A DNA stretch of 64,000 bases from Patescibacteria group bacterium (lineage in GTDB: Bacteria; Patescibacteriota; Minisyncoccia; Phycocordibacterales; GCA-2747955): contig JBLYPV010000001.1 in NCBI GenBank assembly GCA_048538215.1, positions 139,495-203,494 on the forward strand, in the 5' to 3' direction. The stretch's first letter is position 1. Each line of letters starts with the position of its first letter. A model generated the notes under the pieces. That model saw only the letters and a list, made by a program, of their open reading frames with translations. It made no database searches and was not told where the DNA came from. The translations under genes were made by a program, and so were the position numbers. Positions 17,721-28,442 of the stretch are shown here, in pieces.

Positions 17721-18144
17721 AGCCTTCAATCATTAGATGGACACTTCCTTTGTGATCTCCCACTACTATGGGTATATCGTAGCTTCCCCGTTCTTTTATT
17801 GGACGCTTAAGTTTGATGTGTTCTTTTTTGAGACCTTGGATCTCTGAAGCAATTTTACTTGAATTGATTGATTCAAACAGAGTACCCCTTTCATTTGCTG
17901 GACTTTGTATACTAATTATAGAATTATTAATTTTAGCAAATAATTGTGCATCGAGCTCGTCTTTCTTATTTCTTTTGCTTTGATTGCGATCCTTGTTTTT
18001 TTCAAATTGAATAATGTCTTGTTCGCTAGCATGAGAGGCCAAGCCACGAGGTATTAAGTAAGAGGAGGCATACCCATCTGACACCTCATATATCTCTCCT
18101 TTCCTGCCAAAACGCTTAATATCTTGTAGTAATTTTATTTTCAT
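17719..18144 (-). CDS. rplI: 50S ribosomal protein L9
   Basis: 'MKIKLLQDIKRFGRKGEIYEVSDGYASSYLIPRGLA' matches the L9 N-terminal domain. Confidence 0.85.
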   Translation of the reverse strand: MKIKLLQDIKRFGRKGEIYEVSDGYASSYLIPRGLASHASEQDIIQFEKNKDRNQSKRNKKDELDAQLFAKINNSIISIQSPANERGTLFESINSSKIASEIQGLKKEHIKLKRPIKERGSYDIPIVVGDHKGSVHLMIEG

Positions 18145-18153
18145 AATAAGAAT

Positions 18154-19584
18154 TTATTTTACTTGAATTTTATATTTGTCAGGCACTTCAATGAAAAAAT
18201 CTTGATAATCATTCCTTTTGATAATGGCTATTGCATCCATTATGACAGAGTCTTGTGCAAAATCTTGATTGAAGGTACCCGCGTTAATCTCGGAGGTATC
18301 ATCCTCATTCTCTTGAGGTAGAATTGCGATATCAGGAGTTAGACCATTTTTACTGATATCTACACCCGACGGAGAGAGCCATTTAGCAATAGTAATCTTG
18401 AGTGAAGTATCTTTTGTAAGCTGGAAAAGCTCCTGCACCGAGCCTTTACCAAAGCTTTGCTCCCCTCCCAATAAAGCTCTATTATTGTCCCTAAGAGCTC
18501 CTGCTAAAATCTCTGCCGCTGAGGCTGACCCCCCATTAATCAATACGAGAACATCCACTTCCCCATCGATACGATTATATCCATAGGAGTAGTGCTGGAT
18601 AGAATTTATCTCGTCACTATATTTTTCGGTAACAACTAGCTCGTCGCTCTCTAAGAATTGGGAAGCAATATCGACTGCAGCTTCGAGTAAACCACCTGGA
18701 TTATTGCGTAAATCGATCACCAATTTATTATACCCCCCTCGATTAAAAGCGATAAGGGCATCCTCAAATTGAGAAGCAGCTTGAGCACTAAACGAATATA
18801 GCTTTATAATATACGCATTATCTATTACCTGTGTTTGTATTGTAGGAATCTCAATTCTATCACGCACTATATTGACTACTATTGGCTCTGTCTCCCCTTC
18901 TCTCAAGAGCTCAAGCTTTACTTTCTTCCCTTTTGGTCCTCGTATGAGCTCTACTGCTTTCTCGGCGCTCATAGTTATAGATTCTTGGTCATCAATTGCA
19001 GAAATAACATCCTTTGCCCTTACTCCTGCCCTATAAGCTGGAGTACCAGGAAGAGGAGCAACTACCATAAGGAGCCCTCGACGATTAGTAATCTCTATCC
19101 CCACACCTGTGAATTCTCCTGCAATACTTGATTCAAATGAAGCTGCCTCCTCTGGTGGAAGAAAAGTGGTAAATGGATCACCATAAGAAGCAGTAAGTCC
19201 GCTGATTGCCCCCCATATTCGATCTTGCGCAGTCGCTTTTTCACTTGAGCTTGTTGCGCTCCCATTTACAAAATTTTTTTCAAGCAATACCCAAGCATCC
19301 CAAAATGGTGAAAAATCGGCCGTGCCAATATCTACCTCTTGTTTAAAATAGGCATCTGGATCAAGATTAGTAATACCCCGAAGCTCATTGCGAGCATATG
19401 ATGAAAATTGATGACTACCTACCTTATAGCCAATTTGATAGCCAAGATAAGATACCGTAGCAAGAGCTATCGATACCATTAAAAAGCTAAAGATTATAAG
19501 TGATCGTAGGTGATCTGGTCGGATGAATTTGCGAGCCTTCTTGCGGTATCGGCTAATCATTTCTATATTACGCCCTTTTGTCAT
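18154..19584 (-). CDS. Carboxyl-terminal processing protease (S41 family)
   Basis: It has an N-terminal TM segment and a PDZ-like region. 'LVIDLRNNPGG' is present, along with the catalytic 'GGSASAAE' and 'FGKGSVQ'. Confidence 0.9.
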   Translation of the reverse strand: MTKGRNIEMISRYRKKARKFIRPDHLRSLIIFSFLMVSIALATVSYLGYQIGYKVGSHQFSSYARNELRGITNLDPDAYFKQEVDIGTADFSPFWDAWVLLEKNFVNGSATSSSEKATAQDRIWGAISGLTASYGDPFTTFLPPEEAASFESSIAGEFTGVGIEITNRRGLLMVVAPLPGTPAYRAGVRAKDVISAIDDQESITMSAEKAVELIRGPKGKKVKLELLREGETEPIVVNIVRDRIEIPTIQTQVIDNAYIIKLYSFSAQAASQFEDALIAFNRGGYNKLVIDLRNNPGGLLEAAVDIASQFLESDELVVTEKYSDEINSIQHYSYGYNRIDGEVDVLVLINGGSASAAEILAGALRDNNRALLGGEQSFGKGSVQELFQLTKDTSLKITIAKWLSPSGVDISKNGLTPDIAILPQENEDDTSEINAGTFNQDFAQDSVIMDAIAIIKRNDYQDFFIEVPDKYKIQVK

Positions 19585-19662
19585 AAGACTATTATCGCAT
19601 AAAATCTTCTATGCGGAAAATCGCTTAGTCTATGAAAAATCTGATGTATAATAAAGCGATAT

Positions 19663-21075
19663 ATGAAAGACCAGATACGACTCTTTAATACCCTGAATCG
19701 CGACTATGAAATCTTTACTCCTTTAAAGAATAAGGAGGTTATGATTTATCATTGTGGCCCTACAGTGTATTGGACGCAACATATCGGCAATATGCGGGCA
19801 GCTTTTTTTGGTGATATTATTCATCGAACACTACTTTATGCCGGCTATAAGGTGATTTTTGTCCGAAATTATACTGATGTAGGACATTTATCCGGAGATA
19901 ATGAAGGCGATGCGGACACTGGCGAAGATAGAATGCAAAAAGCTGCTCGGCGCGAAGCTAGTACCCCAGAAGCAATCGCCCGTAAATACCAGCAGATGTT
20001 TGATGCTGATCTCGAGGCACTCAACATCCTCACTCCAGATCATCGTCCGCATGCTACAGAATATATTCAAGCGATGATCGCGATGATTGAAGAACTCATA
20101 GCAAAAAGCTATGCTTACCAAACAGAATTAGCTATATATTTTGATACGACAAAACTATCCGATTACTATAAATTATCTGGCCAAACAAAAGAAAAGCTTA
20201 CAAGCGGTGCCGGTACTGGTGAAGTGCGAGATAGTGATAAACATAATCCTGCTGATTTTGCTCTTTGGTTTTTCAAAAAGGGCGTTCATAGCAAAGCTCT
20301 ACAAACATGGTTAAATCCATTTTCTGACGTAGAAGGTTTCCCTGGGTGGCATATTGAGTGCTCCGCAATGATAAAAGAAATTCTAGGAACTACGATTGAC
20401 ATCCATCTTGGCGGTATAGAGCACATTCCCATCCACCACACTAATGAAATAGCGCAATCAGAATCTCTCAACAACGCACCTTTAGCACACTATTGGCTAC
20501 ACAACGAACACCTTGATGTTGATGGTGCAAAAATGAGCAAATCTGATGGTACCTCTTATTCTCTAGCAGATGTAATAAGCAAAGGATATAGCCCGCTGGA
20601 TTTGCGCTATTTTTTCCTTCAAGCTCATTATCGTAGCAAGCAAAATTTTACCTGGGAAGCGCTTAAAGCGGCACAGACCGCTCGCACTCGTCTCAATACC
20701 CAAATGAAAGCTTTGCCACAAAATGGCAAGGTAAATATAGATTGGAAAAGTAGATTCAAAGAGGCATTATTTAATGATTTCAACACTGCACAAGCTCTAG
20801 GAGTGGTAAATGAAATGCTCAAAAGCGATATTGATGGAGCCGACAAGCGCGCTACTATTCTTTCCTTTGATACTGTTCTTGGTTTGGAATTAGATATGAT
20901 AAAAGAAGGTACAATGGAAGTCCCCAATGAGATACAAACACTCTTCGACCTACGAAAGCAAGCTCGAGATGCTCAAAACTGGGAAAAATCAGATAGCTTA
21001 CGCGATGAAATGCTTTCTTTGGGATACGAGGTGCACGATACTCCGCAAGGACAAAGGATAAGCAAAAAAATATAA
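19663..21075 (+). CDS. cysS: Cysteinyl-tRNA synthetase
   Basis: 'YHCGPTVY..HIGN' is a HIGH-type motif. 'KMSKSDG' and the Zn-binding Cys/His residues are present. Confidence 0.95.
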   Translation: MKDQIRLFNTLNRDYEIFTPLKNKEVMIYHCGPTVYWTQHIGNMRAAFFGDIIHRTLLYAGYKVIFVRNYTDVGHLSGDNEGDADTGEDRMQKAARREASTPEAIARKYQQMFDADLEALNILTPDHRPHATEYIQAMIAMIEELIAKSYAYQTELAIYFDTTKLSDYYKLSGQTKEKLTSGAGTGEVRDSDKHNPADFALWFFKKGVHSKALQTWLNPFSDVEGFPGWHIECSAMIKEILGTTIDIHLGGIEHIPIHHTNEIAQSESLNNAPLAHYWLHNEHLDVDGAKMSKSDGTSYSLADVISKGYSPLDLRYFFLQAHYRSKQNFTWEALKAAQTARTRLNTQMKALPQNGKVNIDWKSRFKEALFNDFNTAQALGVVNEMLKSDIDGADKRATILSFDTVLGLELDMIKEGTMEVPNEIQTLFDLRKQARDAQNWEKSDSLRDEMLSLGYEVHDTPQGQRISKKI

Positions 21076-21088
21076 ATTGAATTAAGAT

Positions 21089-21718
21089 CTACTTTCGCTT
21101 TAGAGATATCTTCATTCTGTAAATATCCTTACCCTCATCTATTTTCACGCGCTCCCAGTGGCTCTGTATGCCCCACAGTGGCTCTTGATACTCTTCGTGC
21201 TCCCATTGTGGCATCTCGTCGACAAGTGCTTGTGTATCGAAAAAGAGCGACTCTTGATCAGTTTGAAATACAAGCAAACTTTCATAATCAAATAGTAGCG
21301 CTAAAGTATCTAAAAATTGCCTTGTTACAATTCGCCGTTTTTTGTGCTTATCCTTAAGCCAAGGATCAGGGAAATTTACAAATATATAGGCTATCCTACT
21401 CCCCTGCTCCACTGATGACTGGAGTAAGCCTTGTATATTATTCGCACTATTGCCAGTAAAAACCCGCACATTCCCATACTGGTTAAACAATTCTTCTAAA
21501 TACCAAGCAAACGGCTTGCGAATCTCTGTAACTATATAATTATAGCTCCTGCCAAAAGCACCCAGTAGTTTGCTCGTAAATTCACCTTTGTATGCCCCAA
21601 TGTCGACTATAATTGGCTGAGTATTTCCAAAGCCCTCAAATCGAATTTCTGTACGGTCTGCCAGTGGATTTACATGTTTTCGTACTCGTTTGGGCATTCT
21701 TGGCTTAACGCTTGGCAT
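21089..21718 (-). CDS. trmB: tRNA (guanine46-N7)-methyltransferase
   Basis: The 'FPDPWLKDKHKKRR' signature is present, with 'VDIGAYKGEF' as SAM motif I. Confidence 0.85.
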   Translation of the reverse strand: MPSVKPRMPKRVRKHVNPLADRTEIRFEGFGNTQPIIVDIGAYKGEFTSKLLGAFGRSYNYIVTEIRKPFAWYLEELFNQYGNVRVFTGNSANNIQGLLQSSVEQGSRIAYIFVNFPDPWLKDKHKKRRIVTRQFLDTLALLFDYESLLVFQTDQESLFFDTQALVDEMPQWEHEEYQEPLWGIQSHWERVKIDEGKDIYRMKISLKRK

Positions 21719-21729
21719 AACAATACACT

Positions 21730-22725
21730 TTACTGTTTGGCCAAAAATCGTTTAACATCATCGGGAATACCATCATCCTTATGATCTTCTTTGTTGTCTT
21801 TATCTCCATCATCATGAGAAGTATAGTGCTCAAATATGATTAAAAGAATTGGTGCGAGTGCAAGAGATGAGTAAGTCCCTGCAATAACACCTATTGCTAA
21901 AACATAAGCAAATGGAGCAGTGGTTGGCCCACCAAAAATTGCTAAGGAGATCATCGCCACAAAAGTAGTCGTGGATGTCATAAGCGAACGACGCAAGCTC
22001 GCACGAACGGCCTGCCCTACTACCTTGGCAAATTCTTCACCTCGTGGGTAACTTTTATTTTTAGCATAATAATCATTCAAAATTTCACGAATTCTATCAA
22101 AGATCACGATGGTATCATTCACTGAATATCCAAGAGTAGCCAGAATCGCTGTTACAAATAAGACATCGATTTGATAGTCTATAAAAATACTACCAAGCAG
22201 AGCAAAGACCCCTACAGGAATAATAGTATCGTGCGCAAGAGCAACGACCGCAGTGAGGCCATACTTAAAGCTAGACACGGGCTGAGAGATACCTCTGAAT
22301 GCGTAGGCAATAAAAATAATAATTAATACAATTACGAGCGCAATGGCGAACAAAGATTTATTAACAAGCTCAGCAGAAAAAGCAGGTCCGAGTGACTTGA
22401 ATCGCACATCACTTATAGCAATCTCCCCTCCCCTGCTCAGTATATTCTGAATCTCTTTCTTATTCTCTTCACTAATACTTATATCTTTTATCAAGACATT
22501 CTGCTCGCCAGATAATTGTACAATTGCTGTAGGCAACTCCTGCTTTACTGACGCCTCAAGAGTATCAAGAGACGGACGATCTGCCTCATAAGCCACCTCA
22601 TAAACTGAGCCACCTTGAAAATCAATACTAGAGTTGAATCCAAATATTCCCACCATAGCTATACTAGCCAGTACAAATACGGATGTGATTGAGAGAAAGA
22701 TTCGTTTATGTGCCAAAATATACAT
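21730..22725 (-). CDS. secF: Protein translocase subunit SecF
   Basis: It has an N-terminal TM segment followed by 'IDFQGGSV', and a polytopic C-terminus. It lies directly downstream of secD. Confidence 0.85.
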   Translation of the reverse strand: MYILAHKRIFLSITSVFVLASIAMVGIFGFNSSIDFQGGSVYEVAYEADRPSLDTLEASVKQELPTAIVQLSGEQNVLIKDISISEENKKEIQNILSRGGEIAISDVRFKSLGPAFSAELVNKSLFAIALVIVLIIIFIAYAFRGISQPVSSFKYGLTAVVALAHDTIIPVGVFALLGSIFIDYQIDVLFVTAILATLGYSVNDTIVIFDRIREILNDYYAKNKSYPRGEEFAKVVGQAVRASLRRSLMTSTTTFVAMISLAIFGGPTTAPFAYVLAIGVIAGTYSSLALAPILLIIFEHYTSHDDGDKDNKEDHKDDGIPDDVKRFLAKQ

Positions 22726-22745
22726 AGTAGTAATAAATTATTGAT

Positions 22746-24026
22746 TTAGAGGAAAAAACGTTTGAACCATTCTGAGTCTATGGCGATCGCTTTTAATAAA
22801 CTTCGGGTGATTACCACAGCTGTAAACATAGAGAGTAATATACCTACTCCAAAAGAAAGCGCAAATCCTTTTACAAAGGAAGTAGTGAGATAGTAAAGAA
22901 TAATTGCCACAATGATTGAAGAAAGATTACCATCACGAATAGATGGCCAAGCTCGAGCAAATCCTATGTGAATTGCTTCGTTGAGCGAAGCGGATGAATA
23001 ATACATTTCTTCACGAATTCGCTCAAAAATGAGTACATTCGCGTCAACCGCCATACCGATAGTAATAATAATACCTGCAATCCCTGCTGCTGTAAGATCA
23101 GTACCGGTGAGTTTGAAATAAGCAAGGAGTAGCAGTATATAAATTGCTAATGCAATACTTGCTACTACCCCCGCAATCCGATAGAGTGCTATTAAAATGA
23201 GAGCAATCATAGCTAAAGCTACCCATCCAGCAATTATCCCCTTCTCAAGGATATCGTGCCCAAGAGTAGGAGAAATAGACTGAGTAGATACGAGTTCGAT
23301 AGGAATAGGCAGTGCGCCAAACTGTAAATTTTGAGCCAAATTAGCCGCCTCTTCCCTACTAAACTGACCATAAATTTGAGCATTTCCGTTGCTGATAGCT
23401 GTTTGTATCACTGGTGCTGAAATAAGCTCACCGTCCAAAAAGATTCCTAAAGCTCTTCCTACATTTTCTCGAGTAATATCAGCAAATAATTTTGTGCCTG
23501 TGCTGTCAAATTGCAAGCTCACAGTGTGTTGACCAGTTTGTGGATTAGTAGATACCACAGCATTATCAATATAGCGACCGGTAAGCTCAGTAGGTACAAA
23601 GCGATCGGTGGTGCTCGTGCCTGTGATAATTCCAGATTGTTCAAGCCGAAAATCTAAAGTAGGTATAGCACCAATCAAACTTTTTGCTTCTTCTGCATCA
23701 AATACGCCTGGAATCTCTACATTGATGCGATAGCTTTCCTCATTATTCTGTGCAAATATCGACGCCTCTTCTATTGTCACCCGAATATCGCTTGATCCAA
23801 GTGCATTTAATCGAGCTTCAAGTACAGCACGGAGAGCGCTCATTGAGCCTTGCACATCTCCTGGATCAAGCTCAGAAATATCAGCTTGGTACACAAGCTG
23901 GGTACCTCCAGCAAGGTCAAGCCCCAGATCGAAACCACCATTAGGATCATCTTTTGATGATAAAAGCCCTACTAAGAGTAAGCCGGCAAAAATAAATATC
24001 GAGATGAGCGGTAATAAGCGCTTCAT
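22746..24026 (-). CDS. secD: Protein translocase subunit SecD
   Basis: 'LGLDLAGGTQLVYQAD' is present, followed by a periplasmic domain and a 6-TM C-terminus. Confidence 0.85.
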   Translation of the reverse strand: MKRLLPLISIFIFAGLLLVGLLSSKDDPNGGFDLGLDLAGGTQLVYQADISELDPGDVQGSMSALRAVLEARLNALGSSDIRVTIEEASIFAQNNEESYRINVEIPGVFDAEEAKSLIGAIPTLDFRLEQSGIITGTSTTDRFVPTELTGRYIDNAVVSTNPQTGQHTVSLQFDSTGTKLFADITRENVGRALGIFLDGELISAPVIQTAISNGNAQIYGQFSREEAANLAQNLQFGALPIPIELVSTQSISPTLGHDILEKGIIAGWVALAMIALILIALYRIAGVVASIALAIYILLLLAYFKLTGTDLTAAGIAGIIITIGMAVDANVLIFERIREEMYYSSASLNEAIHIGFARAWPSIRDGNLSSIIVAIILYYLTTSFVKGFALSFGVGILLSMFTAVVITRSLLKAIAIDSEWFKRFFL

Positions 24027-24072
24027 AAATAAGTGAAAATAATTATATCAGATAATCTACATAAACCAAGAT

Positions 24073-24381
24073 CTATTTTTTTCTTTTACTTGCAAGGATT
24101 AAAGCATCTATATTATCATTTTCCCTAAAATGATCCCGACTAGTTGCACCACAGGAAAGACACTTATGTACTAAAGTATAGCCATCTCCTTTGCGAATGA
24201 TATCCGCAACTGGCATTAGTCCAGCGCAATCTTCGAGCCTATCACCCGGAAATACATCAAGATGTTTACTATATAAGCAGTTGGGGCAGTGATTCGTAAA
24301 GCCGTCCCCTTTTACCTCGTAAGTGCAGTGCTCACAAATAAAGTCTTCTACTCGTTTCTGAAACTTTTTTACTACATTCAT
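24073..24381 (-). CDS. RNHCP-domain Cys-rich protein
   Basis: 'CEHCTYEV...FTNHCPNCLYSKH' and a second 'CLSCGATSRDH' form Zn-ribbon-like CxxC pairs around an RNHCP motif. Confidence 0.55.
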   Translation of the reverse strand: MNVVKKFQKRVEDFICEHCTYEVKGDGFTNHCPNCLYSKHLDVFPGDRLEDCAGLMPVADIIRKGDGYTLVHKCLSCGATSRDHFRENDNIDALILASKRKK

Positions 24382-24382
24382 A

Positions 24383-25522
24383 TTATGCTTCGTGAAGCCG
24401 AGCTATTTCGAGAATTTCATCAGCAATTTTGAGTGCTGAATCCTTACGGCTAAATGCCTTAGCTGCTTCAATCATTTCATTTCTAATATCATCATCATTC
24501 ATAATCCGTTCGATTTCTGAATACAAGATACTTGCTGATAAATTACTCTGTTTTATAACTGTCGAAGCCCCGCTTCGTGCATAAGCAAAGGCATTGGATT
24601 CTTGGTCGCGTGAAACATCTTCAGGGATTGGAATAAGAATTGATGGCAGTCCCCAATTTGCTACTTCGGAAATAGTACCTGCCCCAGCACGAATAATCGC
24701 TAAAGATGAAGCGCCTACAGACATACGCATTGCTAAATCATCAAGATATGGATATAGCTTGTAGCGAGATTTGAATGGATGATCATAAAGCACTACATCG
24801 CTATGCCCTTTTACCTCTTCAAAATTATTTTTACCACACTGGTGGATAACATTATATTTAAGTAGTAGCTTAGGAAGGGTATCTACCAAGACATCATTCA
24901 TTGCTTGTGCCCCTTGTGATCCACCCAAGACTAGAATGGTTGGAATATCTCTTGATAGCTCAAGAAACTCACGAGCACCACTTGATAAAGGCTTTTCAAT
25001 TTCATCACGAATTGGATTGCCAAGAAGGGCAATCTTGTTTTGATCTTTTTTTCGAAAGTACTTTGTTGCTCCCGGAAAAGCAATAGATATTTTTTTTGCA
25101 AAACGAGAGGCAAATATAAGCGCACGCCCAGGCACAGTATCAGAAGCATGAATGACTACTGGTATCCGTAATATTCTTGCAGATACCAATACGGGCATCG
25201 AAACATATGAGCCATTAGTAAAGACCACATCAGGATATAAGCGAAACATTAAAAAAAAGGTCTTAATAGTGCCAAATATGGTGGTGAATAGGTCGGTTAT
25301 ATTACGCCATGAGAAATACCGACGCATTTTTCCAGCATAAATTTTATGATAAATGATACCCTTTCGTAAAAGAAGGTTTTCGTTATATGGATCGTCAGCA
25401 AGATAGTGTATTTCCGGTACCAACATCTTTCGATCCTCAGCTGATTCAATGATTTTGTCTGCTACTGCAATAAGTGGGTAGAAGTGTCCCCCAGATCCTC
25501 CCCCCGTTATGACTATTTTCAT
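24383..25522 (-). CDS. murG: UDP-N-acetylglucosamine--N-acetylmuramyl-(pentapeptide) pyrophosphoryl-undecaprenol N-acetylglucosamine transferase
   Basis: The N-terminal 'ITGGGSGGHFYPLIAVA' and the C-terminal 'ILVLGGSQGAQAMN' are MurG signatures. Confidence 0.85.
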   Translation of the reverse strand: MKIVITGGGSGGHFYPLIAVADKIIESAEDRKMLVPEIHYLADDPYNENLLLRKGIIYHKIYAGKMRRYFSWRNITDLFTTIFGTIKTFFLMFRLYPDVVFTNGSYVSMPVLVSARILRIPVVIHASDTVPGRALIFASRFAKKISIAFPGATKYFRKKDQNKIALLGNPIRDEIEKPLSSGAREFLELSRDIPTILVLGGSQGAQAMNDVLVDTLPKLLLKYNVIHQCGKNNFEEVKGHSDVVLYDHPFKSRYKLYPYLDDLAMRMSVGASSLAIIRAGAGTISEVANWGLPSILIPIPEDVSRDQESNAFAYARSGASTVIKQSNLSASILYSEIERIMNDDDIRNEMIEAAKAFSRKDSALKIADEILEIARLHEA

Positions 25523-25546
25523 ACAAAACAATTATATCACAAGAGC

Positions 25547-26689
25547 CTATATTCTTTGTGAGCGACGATTACTAAGGGTTATACGAGATATATTTACCAA
25601 GATCGCGATTACTAATAGTGAGGTAACGATCGACGAACCCCCTTTTGAAATGAATACTAGGGGCATACCCGAGAGTGGCAACATACCAAGCATTGCCATA
25701 ATATTATAAAGAGCTTGAGCAAGAAGCAAGACAGTTAGCCCTACCGCTATATACCTACCAAATTCTTCGCGAGTATCGAGAGCAATCTTCAATCCAGAAT
25801 AAAAAAGTAGGAAGTATAGTGAAAGTAGCGCCATAGTGCCAGCAAAGCCCCACTCTTCACTATATACAGCAAAAATACTATCAGTAAGAGGTTCAGGTAA
25901 GTGCTTATGTTTTTGTAATGATTCACCAAAGCCTCTACCAATAATCTCTCCTGCACCGATAGTCATCACTGATTGAATAATTTGATACCCATTACCTTGG
26001 GGATCATAATTTTCATTTGAATATGCGTGTATCCGTTCTCGAGCGTACTCTCCTTGTGGCGTAAAAAGTATGTATCCACCTAAAGCAAGCCCGGCAAGCA
26101 AAAAAATACCAAGTGTGTAGCGGAATCGGATACGAGACACTAGAAGCATTGCAAGGCAAGCAATACTTGTAATAAATAGAGTCCCCATATCTCTTATGGA
26201 TATCATTAGAACAAAGAAGATCGATGCTAATAAGCCAATAATGCCTAGGGTATACCATATATTATCTATCTCCTTACGAAAACGAACAATCAAAAAAGCA
26301 AGCATAATAATTATTGCTATCTTAAATAGCTCTGATGGTTGAATTACAGTAATACCGATATCGAGCCATCTATTTGCTCCATTTTTTGTCACCCCAAGAG
26401 GACTAAATACTAGAAGCTGTAAAAATAGTGTGGCGATAAAAAAATATAAAGCATATGATTTCTTATACAGTAATCGATAATCAATAGATTTTATATATAT
26501 AGCAAGGTATATCATTAGAAATCCAATCGACAAACTTACAAGCTGTATAAGGAGAGTCCTGTAGAAAGTCATCTGTGAGTCTAATAGACTTAAGGATGCT
26601 GAGAAGAGAGAGATCATTCCTAATATACAGAGGAGCACAGTAATGATTATGAGAGACTTATGATATACAGGGCGCTTAATCAGTTTCAT
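25547..26689 (-). CDS. ftsW: SEDS family cell-cycle protein (FtsW/RodA)
   Basis: It has ~10 TM segments. 'QPSELFKIAII' is present, with a conserved periplasmic loop. It is adjacent to murG. Confidence 0.8.
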   Translation of the reverse strand: MKLIKRPVYHKSLIIITVLLCILGMISLFSASLSLLDSQMTFYRTLLIQLVSLSIGFLMIYLAIYIKSIDYRLLYKKSYALYFFIATLFLQLLVFSPLGVTKNGANRWLDIGITVIQPSELFKIAIIIMLAFLIVRFRKEIDNIWYTLGIIGLLASIFFVLMISIRDMGTLFITSIACLAMLLVSRIRFRYTLGIFLLAGLALGGYILFTPQGEYARERIHAYSNENYDPQGNGYQIIQSVMTIGAGEIIGRGFGESLQKHKHLPEPLTDSIFAVYSEEWGFAGTMALLSLYFLLFYSGLKIALDTREEFGRYIAVGLTVLLLAQALYNIMAMLGMLPLSGMPLVFISKGGSSIVTSLLVIAILVNISRITLSNRRSQRI

Positions 26690-26744
26690 ATTTGTATTAT
26701 AGCACCTTGCAGAATTGCTATCTTGATGTATATTGTTGATACTT

Positions 26745-27100
26745 CTATGGAAGATAGTTGCCCGGCCGTGTATATGATACGCGGAGGGAGGAAAGTCCGG
26801 ACTTGTATCAACGGTAGCAGGTAACGCCTGCCTGGAGTGATCCTAGCGATGCGAGCAGAGACGCTATAATAAGTAATTATTATAGACACTAGTGCTTTAA
26901 ATGATAGTGTAGTCTCTCATTGTGGGCACCGCATGAGAGGGTGAAACGGCTAAATTCGTACTGGCAAGCAAGGCCGTGTTGGAATTTTTCCATCGAGCCG
27001 CAAAGAATTACTTGGCGACAAGTAATCAAGGTAAATAACTATCAGCACACACAACAACCGTGTGTGCGACAGAATCCGGCTTACGAAGTAGAAGTACATC
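26745..27100 (+). ncRNA. rnpB: RNase P RNA (bacterial type, compact)
   Basis: 'GGAGGGAGGAAAGTCCGGAC...GCAGGTAACGCCTGC' matches the P4/P5 region. 'AGGGTGAAACGGC' is the A-rich universally conserved CR-II/III. The 3' 'ACAGAATCCGGCTTA' matches the conserved P4 3' strand. It lies in a 430-bp ORF-free gap. The ends are approximate. Confidence 0.8.
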
Positions 27101-27135
27101 GAAACAAGCGCCTCATCGGCGCTTGTTTTGTTTAA
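27099..27135. terminator. Bidirectional terminator (aaacaagcgcc-tcat-ggcgcttgttt plus TGTTT)
   Basis: A perfect 11-bp stem has flanking A and T runs. It lies between the rnpB 3' end and the proS stop. Confidence 0.65.
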
Positions 27136-28391
27136 GTAAATTTTGCAAGAGCTTCATCGATTGAAAGAATACTCGACTCATCTTCGGCACGATGCTTGTA
27201 TTCGACTCCACCTTGCTCAAGCGAACGGCTCGAAATAGTAATTCGATGTGGAATGCCAATTAAATCAGCATCGGCGAATTTTTCTCCTGCTCGAGCATCA
27301 CGATCATCATACAGCACATCCACCCCTCTTGCCCTAAGCTCAAGGTATAGGGCTTCCGCTTGCTTATCTTCACCAATAGAAATAAGATGTATTTGAAATG
27401 GCGCTATTGCTTCTGGCCACACAAGCCCCTTAGCATCTGAAAGAACCTCGGCGATAGTACCCATAAGTCTTGCTGGGCCAATTCCATATGAGCCCATATA
27501 GACTGGTTGTTGCCTCCCCTCTTCGTCGGTATAAAATAAGCCAATTGCTTCGGAGTATTTTGTACCTAAGGGGAATATATTGCCCACCTCAATAGATTTT
27601 TTATTATCTAATTTGGATCTATCGAGTCGTAATTCTTCCATTGTGGCATCGTCAAACACCCCTTCTTCATCATTGATAGCGATATTTTTATCATAATCTA
27701 TCGAGATTGTATCTTCACCGGCATCAGATAAAGTTTGGAATTCATCGCTAAATTTTGAAAATGATCCTCCCCCAGCGTATGTTCGATAGGTAATATCTCC
27801 TATACCAAGGCGATTGAATATTCGTGTATAGGCATCTGCGCACTGCTCATAAAAAATTCTAAAAGAAGCTTCATCTTTAGAAAAGGAATATAGATCTTTC
27901 ATTACAAATTCTCGCGTTCGCATTATGCCACTTTTTGCCCTAACCTCATTTCTAAATTTAGTTTGAAATTGATAAGCATATTTAGGAAGATCTTTGTAAG
28001 ATGTAATATGATGACTCATAAGAGCAGTCAGAGCTTCTTCATGAGTGTTTGCAAGCCCAAGCTCACTTCCACTATGAAAATTGTCACCACTGTGTAGGTG
28101 AGTTTTAAACCATACATCAACCACAGAGTCCTCCCATCGTCCTGATTTCTTCCAAGCTTCTGGATTTTGTAGGGTGGTCATATGCAACTCTTGTCCACCA
28201 ATAGCATTCATTTCTTCCCTGATTATCTCGACAATTTTATTAAAGGTGCGTAACCCCAAAGGAAGCATATCGTACACGCCAGCCATCTCTTTGTGTATGT
28301 AGCCTGCCTGTATCAATAGCTGAGCATTACGAGAGACTTCATCCGTCGGTGCTTCTTTGCGAGTTTTAGTAAGTAATTGCGAGTGTTTCAT
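27132..28391 (-). CDS. proS: Prolyl-tRNA synthetase, short bacterial-type form without the INS editing domain
   Basis: The N-terminal 'LLTKTRKEAPTDEVSRNAQLLIQAGYI..AGVYDMLPLGLR' is the bacterial ProRS start. Class II motifs and the C-terminal anticodon-binding domain are present. At 419 aa it is much shorter than the ~570-aa INS-containing forms. Confidence 0.9.
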   Translation of the reverse strand: MKHSQLLTKTRKEAPTDEVSRNAQLLIQAGYIHKEMAGVYDMLPLGLRTFNKIVEIIREEMNAIGGQELHMTTLQNPEAWKKSGRWEDSVVDVWFKTHLHSGDNFHSGSELGLANTHEEALTALMSHHITSYKDLPKYAYQFQTKFRNEVRAKSGIMRTREFVMKDLYSFSKDEASFRIFYEQCADAYTRIFNRLGIGDITYRTYAGGGSFSKFSDEFQTLSDAGEDTISIDYDKNIAINDEEGVFDDATMEELRLDRSKLDNKKSIEVGNIFPLGTKYSEAIGLFYTDEEGRQQPVYMGSYGIGPARLMGTIAEVLSDAKGLVWPEAIAPFQIHLISIGEDKQAEALYLELRARGVDVLYDDRDARAGEKFADADLIGIPHRITISSRSLEQGGVEYKHRAEDESSILSIDEALAKFT

Positions 28392-28442
28392 ATTAGCATT
28401 GTAGCAAATATCATTTGTTTGCCTACTTGTGTCTTAGGTATT

